A DNA stretch of 22,386 bases from Candidatus Fraserbacteria bacterium. Its GTDB lineage: Bacteria > Bipolaricaulota > Bipolaricaulia > RBG-16-55-9. A program made the position numbers and the translations under genes. A model generated the notes under the pieces. That model did no database searches. It saw nothing but the letters and a program-made list of their open reading frames with translations, and had not been told where the DNA came from. The stretch lies in contig JBBIPG010000036.1 in the NCBI GenBank assembly GCA_037442925.1, forward strand, positions 1 to 22,386. The letters are read 5' to 3'. Shown piece by piece: positions 16,269 through 22,386 of the stretch. Each line of letters starts with the position of its first letter. The stretch's first letter is position 1.

Positions 16269-16791
16269 AAGGACTTCGCAAAGATTCAAATACATGGATT
16301 ACGTCACGCCGGAAGATGACTGTGTTAAAGAGATAGCCACCAGGATTGTTAAGTCTAAAGGGAGACGTGTCGAAAAATCGACGATCGTCGAACTCGTCTT
16401 CTCTTGGATTAAGAATAACATACTACCAGAGGGAAGCAGCCCAGAAAAAGATCTGCGCCCATGTGTGACTTTAAGGAAGCGTCAAGGTACGTGTTTGGCG
16501 CAGTCGATTCTGACAGCATCTCTCTTGCGCGCCTTATCATTTAGTGAAAATGAGGTGTGGGTTGCCGTCACTCTGCATCGTGGAGAAAGCCCTTTTGAAG
16601 CGATGCACGCAATAGTCATCCTGCAAACGAGTGACAAGGGGAAAGTCATAGCATTGGATACCACAGAATCCCTTCTTGAAGTGACGACTTTAAATGAGAT
16701 AATTCAGACGAATACTATATTGCTCATGTTTAATGATAAGTTTGCTTGGGTCCCCAAACAGCCACTTCATAGTTCACAATGTGATGCTTGA
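16261..16791 (+). CDS. Transglutaminase-like cysteine protease (candidate leader peptidase)
   Basis: VFSWIKNNI and a putative triad in GTCLAQSIL-ASLLRA (Cys), HAIV (His), LDTT (Asp); overlaps the MFS stop; GAGGG RBS. Confidence 0.82.
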   Translation: MLERTSQRFKYMDYVTPEDDCVKEIATRIVKSKGRRVEKSTIVELVFSWIKNNILPEGSSPEKDLRPCVTLRKRQGTCLAQSILTASLLRALSFSENEVWVAVTLHRGESPFEAMHAIVILQTSDKGKVIALDTTESLLEVTTLNEIIQTNTILLMFNDKFAWVPKQPLHSSQCDA

Positions 16792-16963
16792 GCCAGGTAA
16801 CTTGGAGGTGATCCGGCATCGGTATTAAGCCTAGGCGGTATCCGATTGGAGAGCACTAACAGAGTAGGTCCCAAGAGATCTTCAGACTTGCTCAACAAGA
16901 GGGCGAAACGGCTGCACCCCGAAGTCCATCATCCTTGGCGGGATTCAATCCCGTGATGCCGAT

Positions 16964-17224
16964 CTACTCGCTCAAGGCTTGGGTGGTGGCGCGCAGGCGC
17001 CGGGCTAGCTCCGTGAGCATCTTGAGGGCGATGTCTGGGTACGTAGAGATCAGGCTGCGTAGGTCCCAGCGGGTCAACATCAAGCAGTGAGATAGAATCC
17101 GACTCCTCCGGGGTCCCCCTCACGAACGATGACGCTCCCGGCTCGAAGACACGTTGTTTGGCTGTGCGTAACACAGCTTCCAGTTCCTTCTCGTCAAGAG
17201 CTTGACGATTTCTGGATTGGCCAT
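16964..17224 (-). pseudogene. Cyclic-nucleotide-binding domain protein, decayed
   Basis: Frame-switching segments: MANPEIVKLL / LDEKELEAVLRTAKQRVFEPGA / VIVREGDPGGVGFYL / CLMLTRWDLRSLISTYPDIALKMLTELARRLRATTQALSE*. The core (FGE...RSAT) is missing; AAGGAG lies upstream. Confidence 0.8.
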
Positions 17225-17288
17225 CTGCCTCGCGCTCCTTTCCCAGCGGATTTCTTTGCCATGGGGTCGTGCTTCACACTATAGCGGA

Positions 17289-17304
17289 GCCTCCCTGCGG
17301 AGGC
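17289..17304 (-). terminator. Hairpin just after lepB
   Basis: GCCTCC-N4-GGAGGC about 10 nt after the stop; no U-tract. Confidence 0.35.
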
Positions 17305-17313
17305 AAGCAGCTT

Positions 17314-18066
17314 TCAGTGCGGGCTCCCAAAATAACCGTTCATCGGGCCAATTCGATTGACCGGCCAGACACGAAAGAAGGGCTCTCCGATGAACTCCCG
17401 TGCATCGAGGGAGCCCCAATAGCGGCTGTCATTGCTATTGCGCGTGTTATCTCCCAGTACGAAATAATGGCCAGCTGGGACGCTCCAGCGGCACTCGCGC
17501 GTGCGTAGAAGAGGGGGAGTATTGGCATCGATGGGATCACAAATATAGTCGCGCTGAAAAGCCGAGTCGGTGAGCAGCTGACCGTCGATATAGATCTGAC
17601 CTTGGCGTATGACGACGGTCTGTCCGCCAAGGGCGATGAGGCGTTTCACGAGGCGATCTCGGCAGGGCTTAAGCTCACCCCAGCGGAATATCCAGAATCC
17701 GGAACGACACAGCATCCCTTCCTGTGTGTGCCAGAAGACGATGATGTCCCCGGGCTTCGGCTTCTTTAGACCCAAAAGATAGGGGAGCCTATCGATGAAA
17801 AAACTATCACCCGCCAGGATGGTTGGCTCCATGGACTCGGAAGGAACCCACATGCGGACCGTGACAAAGCTGATGAGCAGCCAAGTCAAGAGGCTCGCCA
17901 TAGCTAGTATTTGCACCCATTCGAGAACGCGATCCGCCTCGGGTTTGACGGGGATACCTAACCGGGTCAGTAGTCGTGCCAGAAGCGGCCGACGTCTCTT
18001 TATGGATGTTCCTTCGGGGGCAATGCCGCTGGAAGCCCCGTGCTGCTCGTGATCGTCGTGAGCCAT
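17314..18066 (-). CDS. lepB: Signal peptidase I
   Basis: VPSESMEPTI (Ser), LVKRLIA (Lys), GDNTRNSNDSRYWG; single TM. Confidence 0.95.
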   Translation of the reverse strand: MAHDDHEQHGASSGIAPEGTSIKRRRPLLARLLTRLGIPVKPEADRVLEWVQILAMASLLTWLLISFVTVRMWVPSESMEPTILAGDSFFIDRLPYLLGLKKPKPGDIIVFWHTQEGMLCRSGFWIFRWGELKPCRDRLVKRLIALGGQTVVIRQGQIYIDGQLLTDSAFQRDYICDPIDANTPPLLRTRECRWSVPAGHYFVLGDNTRNSNDSRYWGSLDAREFIGEPFFRVWPVNRIGPMNGYFGSPH

Positions 18067-18167
18067 CGGATCTCGTCAGGGAACGTAGCACATTCCCACG
18101 GCAAAAACAAGATGGCGGTGGCCGTAAGGGCTTTAGAACTCCTCTGCTAGATGTATGCCAGAGAGTT

Positions 18168-21100
18168 CTACTCTTTTGGCAGTTTGGGCAGCGCGCGACT
18201 CGGGCGTCGATGGAGATCGGCCTTGAGCGGCGGGCTCTTCTCCAGGATCGCCAGGATCTCTTGTGTCGCTCGCTCGAGTTGTGGATCTTTGCCCGCGGCA
18301 TAGTCCTGCGGCTTCATTTCCACTTCGATGTCCGGATCGGTCCCGTAGTTCTCCACGTCCCAGCCCACGTCGATGAACCAGAACGAATGCTCCGGCTGTG
18401 TTGTGATCCCTTTATCGACCAGCCATTGGCGCGGCGATATGCCAATCACTCCACCCCAGGTGCGCTTGCCGATAAGAGGACCCAATTTCAGCAGCTTGAA
18501 GCTGTGTGAGAAGATATCCCCGTCGGAGCCCGCCCACTCGTTGGTCAGAGCGACCAGTGGGCCAGCGGGAGAATCATCGGGCCACGGCCATACACCGAAC
18601 CAGCGGGTCTTGATAAAGGCCAAGCGCCGGCGGGCGAGTTTTTCGAGCAGCAAGCTCGATACGTGTCCGCCGCCATTGAAGCGAACATCGACGACGAGCC
18701 CATCCCGGTCGATCTCCATCAGAAAGTACCGGTGGAACTCGGAGTAGCCCTGCGGCCCCATGTCCGGGATATGCACGTAGCCCACACGGCCTCGCGTCTG
18801 CTCGTGAACATAGGCGCGATTCTTCTCCACCCAGTCACGATAGCGTGCAGACGTCTCGTCCTTAAGCGTCTTGACCGTGACGGTGCGTGGCGACTTTCCA
18901 TTCTTGTCACCGAGTGTGATCGAGATCTCTGCACTAGCCTGGTTGACAAGCAGCTCGCCGGGAGTGAGATCGCGCGTCAATCTCCGCCCGCCGATGGCCA
19001 AGAGCGTATCGCCCACGTGAGCGTTCACACCAGAGCGGATCAGTGGAGAACTCTTCGCCTCGTCCCAGGGGTCGCCCTGGACGATGTGTGTGATCTTCCA
19101 AGCCTTCGTTCTCTGGTCGTACGCGAAGTCTGCTCCCAAGAAGCCCATCAAGTATTGAGGAGCAGGTCGGTAATCCCCACCGAACTCGTAGGCGTGCGAG
19201 GTTCCCAATTCTCCTTGCATCTCCCACATCAGGTCTGAAAATTCGCCGCGCGTCGAGATGCGGTCAAGCAGGGGAAGATACCGCTCATAGACAGTCTCCC
19301 AGTCGACTTTGGACATGTCCTCCGACCAGAAGTGATCCCGCTGCAGTCGCCATGCCTCACGGTACATCTGCTGCCACTCCCAGGGCGGCGTAACGGAGGT
19401 TTTTACACGTCCTAGATTGATCCATCCGCTCTTCTCGTTCGGTGGCTCCTGTGCGAGCTTTTCGTCGGGCTTCTCACCCGCTTTGAGCACCCTCAGCTTG
19501 TTCCCCGCACGGTAGATGAGTGTCTTCTTATCGCCTGAAAGCTTGAAGCTCGTGATTCCCTGAATCAGGGTCTCAGGCTTTTGAGATTGGAAGTCGAACA
19601 TTTCAAGAGTGGCTTTCGCCGGTGGCTCAGAGACGTCAAACCACTGCTGGTTGAGGCTCCCCTCGATGGGCAACGACGTGTAGAGTATCTTGCCCTTCAT
19701 GGCGGCCAGCTGTTGATATCGCCCATCGGAGACGGGGAAGGCCAGGACGCGCTCTTCGATGCCCTCGAAATCGATCTCCACCTTCACCGGCTCAGCCCCG
19801 TTTTTGCCCTTCTCTCGAGCATCGTTTGGCTTAGTCCCCTCTGGATCGGGTGCTTTGGGCTCTCGCAGGAATGGCGAGGGCAGGTCTTTTCTCAACGTCA
19901 CCAGATACGGCTTCACGCCCCGGGGGAAGCCGAGATCGAAATGGAGATTGTCATAGACGGGGTCGAACTCCCGATGCGAGAGGAAGTAGAGATAATTGCC
20001 TTCGGGGTCGAACTGCGGTGACACGTCGTAGTGAACGGGGCGTGTAATACGGTGAGTCTTGCCCGTCGCAGCCTCACAAATCTTAATGATTGTCGTGTGA
20101 GGGGTCTCTGCGAATCCGTAGGCGATCCAGCGACCGTCAGGAGACCAATCAAACCCGGAAATCGTTTGCCACCCACTGCGATCGAGGATCTTCCGCTCTT
20201 TCGTCTTCAGATCGATCAGCATGAGCTCATTGCGATGGTTGGAGAGTGCCACCTTGTCCTCAATGGGCGAGGCGCGCAATTCCTCGGGGCGTCCGACATC
20301 GAGCTGGCTGAGGCGCTCGGACGGTGTGAGGCCGTCCTCGTGATGGATTTCCAAGCGTTCTTCGCCCTCGGCATCGCTTACGACGACCAACCGCTTTCCA
20401 TCGCTTAACCACCGTGGCAGACGATAGCGCACGCCATCGGATTCCCCGTGCTGGGAGACAGGGCCATGCCAGTTTCCCATGGCAAACGCCTTCCCGCGCA
20501 CGTTGAGGGTCACTTTGTATCCCTGGGGGTGTAGCTCGTAATCTTCCAAGTATTGTGCTGCCTCGACGAACTTGCGGTTGCGTTGGGTGCGCGGGCTAGG
20601 ATACTCGATCTCGACCTTCGCGCTCTGGTTCGCTTTGGGATCGAAGAGATAGAGATCGGCTCCGGCGTGGTAGACGATCCTTCTCCCATCGGTGGCGGGG
20701 TGGCGCACGTAGTAGTCATCGTGGCGGGTGTGGCGGGTTACGTCTTTTCCTTCCGGAGTGCAGGAGTACAGATTGCCGATGCCTTCATGGTCTGAAGTAA
20801 AGTAAATGCGATTGCCTACCCAAAGCGGAAAGGCAATGTTCCCGTCCAACTTGATCAGACGCTCAAACTGTCCCTGGCCATCGCGGTCGATCCAGAGATC
20901 ACCTGCTGTGCCGCCTCGATAGCGCTTCCAGTACGCGGGCTCACGCGTGACCATGCCGTAGCGCCCGAGCACGCACCCCCCATCCGGTCCGTAGGAGATC
21001 GTGAGCGCCGGACCGTAGGGTAGCTGTTGCGCTGTCCCACCCTCAGGTGAGACGGCGAAGAGCGTGAACAGACGCAAAAAGGGCTGGTTGGCATGACTGG

Positions 21101-21407
21101 AGAAGACGATTCGACCCTGACGATCCCAACCGACAACGATGACGTTGCTTCCCAAATACGTAAGGCGCTTGGGCTGCCCGCCCTCTGCGGGCATCACGTA
21201 CACTTCCGTGTGGCCCTCCTCGCGCCCACTGAACGCGAGCCACTTCCCATCGGGTGAGAGCTTGGGGTAGCTGGCGGCGCCCAATCCCGACGTAAGCCGG
21301 CGGGCCACGCCACCTTCAGCCGAGACAGTCCAGAGGTCGTCTTCGCTCACGAAGACGATTTGATCATCGTGAATTGTGGGGAAACGATAATACCCTGCTG
21401 ATGTCAT
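18168..21407 (-). CDS. tri: Tricorn protease homolog (S41), 1079 aa
   Basis: YRFPTIHDDQIVFVSEDDLW, WKRYRGGTAG, GELGTSHAY, DVRFNGGG, AGSDGDIF and RTWGGVIG; GAGGAGGAG RBS before ATG21407. Confidence 0.95.
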   Translation of the reverse strand: MTSAGYYRFPTIHDDQIVFVSEDDLWTVSAEGGVARRLTSGLGAASYPKLSPDGKWLAFSGREEGHTEVYVMPAEGGQPKRLTYLGSNVIVVGWDRQGRIVFSSHANQPFLRLFTLFAVSPEGGTAQQLPYGPALTISYGPDGGCVLGRYGMVTREPAYWKRYRGGTAGDLWIDRDGQGQFERLIKLDGNIAFPLWVGNRIYFTSDHEGIGNLYSCTPEGKDVTRHTRHDDYYVRHPATDGRRIVYHAGADLYLFDPKANQSAKVEIEYPSPRTQRNRKFVEAAQYLEDYELHPQGYKVTLNVRGKAFAMGNWHGPVSQHGESDGVRYRLPRWLSDGKRLVVVSDAEGEERLEIHHEDGLTPSERLSQLDVGRPEELRASPIEDKVALSNHRNELMLIDLKTKERKILDRSGWQTISGFDWSPDGRWIAYGFAETPHTTIIKICEAATGKTHRITRPVHYDVSPQFDPEGNYLYFLSHREFDPVYDNLHFDLGFPRGVKPYLVTLRKDLPSPFLREPKAPDPEGTKPNDAREKGKNGAEPVKVEIDFEGIEERVLAFPVSDGRYQQLAAMKGKILYTSLPIEGSLNQQWFDVSEPPAKATLEMFDFQSQKPETLIQGITSFKLSGDKKTLIYRAGNKLRVLKAGEKPDEKLAQEPPNEKSGWINLGRVKTSVTPPWEWQQMYREAWRLQRDHFWSEDMSKVDWETVYERYLPLLDRISTRGEFSDLMWEMQGELGTSHAYEFGGDYRPAPQYLMGFLGADFAYDQRTKAWKITHIVQGDPWDEAKSSPLIRSGVNAHVGDTLLAIGGRRLTRDLTPGELLVNQASAEISITLGDKNGKSPRTVTVKTLKDETSARYRDWVEKNRAYVHEQTRGRVGYVHIPDMGPQGYSEFHRYFLMEIDRDGLVVDVRFNGGGHVSSLLLEKLARRRLAFIKTRWFGVWPWPDDSPAGPLVALTNEWAGSDGDIFSHSFKLLKLGPLIGKRTWGGVIGISPRQWLVDKGITTQPEHSFWFIDVGWDVENYGTDPDIEVEMKPQDYAAGKDPQLERATQEILAILEKSPPLKADLHRRPSRALPKLPKE

Positions 21408-21458
21408 GGGACTCCTCCTCAAGTCGTTGGGGGTAAAACCTAGAGCTTAAACCACCCT

Positions 21459-21488
21459 GTTATAACCGGTCGGATGGGCGTCGTGCAA
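21459..21488 (-). promoter_or_regulatory. Possible sigma70-type promoter for the tricorn gene
   Basis: On the minus strand: TTGCAC, 18-nt spacer, TATAAC. Confidence 0.5.
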
Positions 21489-21551
21489 CTGCTGCCTGAG
21501 AGCGAATGGTTTACAATGGTATAAGGTTAGAGCGAGTCAACCGATTCGCTA

Positions 21552-22249
21552 TCACAGGGAGAGCAATTTGGCGAAGAGGTAGGCAATAGCGCCGCAGGCC
21601 GGAAATGTTAGCACCCACGCCGTCACGATCTGCAGGCTCACCCCCCAACGCACAGCGGAGAACCGACGCGTCGCCCCCACACCCATGATGGCAGTATTAA
21701 TTGTATGGGTGGTACTCAATGGAATACCCAATGAGGATGCCAGTTGAATGGTTCCGGCAGCGGAGGTTTCGGCGGCAAAGCCGTGGACCGATTTCAGCTT
21801 GGTCAGGCGAAGCCCCATGGTCTTGACGATGCGCCACCCGCCGAACGCTGTGCCAAGACCCATAACGACCGCACATAGCAGGATGACCCACAGCTTGACT
21901 TGAAACTCAGGAATCATCCCGCCGAGTAGTAGCGCCAGGGTAAACACACCGATGAACTTTTGACCGTCGTTGGAGCCATGACTGAACGCCATAAAGGCAG
22001 CAGAGAGGATCTGTAGTTTACTGAAAACGCGCGTGATGGTGGTTGGGCGAGCGCGGTAACACATGCGGTAAATTGCCGCCATCAGCAGCCATCCGACCCC
22101 GAACCCTAAGAATGTCGAAAATACCAGACCGACGCCGACTTTCCGCCAGCCCTCTACCAAGAGCGCGTCTGGGCCTGCTGTAGCTAGTGTCGCTCCAGCT
22201 AATCCAGCAACTAGGGCGTGAGACTCGCTGGTCGGCAGTCCGTAATGCC
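21552..22249 (-). pseudogene. pit: PiT-family inorganic phosphate transporter, 5'-truncated
   Basis: GLPTSESHALV, HGSNDGQK, GGWRIVKTMG and GIPLSTTH are present. Sequence upstream of about 22250 is not PiT-like and the first signature motif is absent. Confidence 0.8.
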
Positions 22250-22386
22250 GGCGTTGAACAGTAGGCAGGCACGAGAAAGCAGGTAAAAGGCCCTGCAGAA
22301 TAGCATTCTCCCGCACTTGACCGGCTGTGGGCGTAGTGTCTACGCCCGGGCGGGCTCGATCCGGGGATAGCGCGGCGGCTCCGGGA

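Noticed and set aside
12627..16791. Lasso peptide or PQQ biosynthesis
   Set aside because: No lasso cyclase (asparagine synthetase-like) and no acidic residue in the core; no pqqB/pqqC and no ExxxY motif in the core.
16929..17174. 81-aa minus-strand ORF as a real protein
   Set aside because: Only its first part matches the cNMP pseudogene; the rest is out-of-frame read-through.
17314..21407. LepB and tricorn as part of the RiPP pathway, or a protease island
   Set aside because: Opposite strand, host-like composition and ordinary housekeeping families; nothing links them to the cluster.

Overview
Bacterial window with five blocks. (1) 2-5918: a tightly packed + strand operon resembling a copper/envelope-stress island: SAM methyltransferase with an exact 114-bp in-frame duplication, site-2 protease-CBS, HtrA, a cytochrome b with no adjacent Rieske gene, two small membrane/secreted proteins, an atypical Lgt and a YHS protein. 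(2) An IS481-type element, a probable cupin remnant and an 814-aa exported fusion (SBP56-like beta-propeller + DUF1264-like + two cupredoxin domains). (3) pruA on the minus strand. (4) 11686-16791, the best candidate for a new system: a sigma70-type promoter, a c-di-GMP-I riboswitch and a Cys-rich Crp/Fnr regulator, then a class II CRP-box promoter driving a lower-GC RiPP cluster. The cluster has a 27-aa precursor missing from the ORF track (MYERPRIMEINELARGCGTGGCCGGKG), a PqqD/RRE, an ScmF-like radical SAM/SPASM enzyme split by an IS5-family element, an MFS transporter and a transglutaminase-like protease. (5) Minus strand: a decayed cNMP-binding gene, signal peptidase I, tricorn protease and a 5'-truncated PiT transporter. 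All family assignments come from motif recognition by eye; no searches were run.
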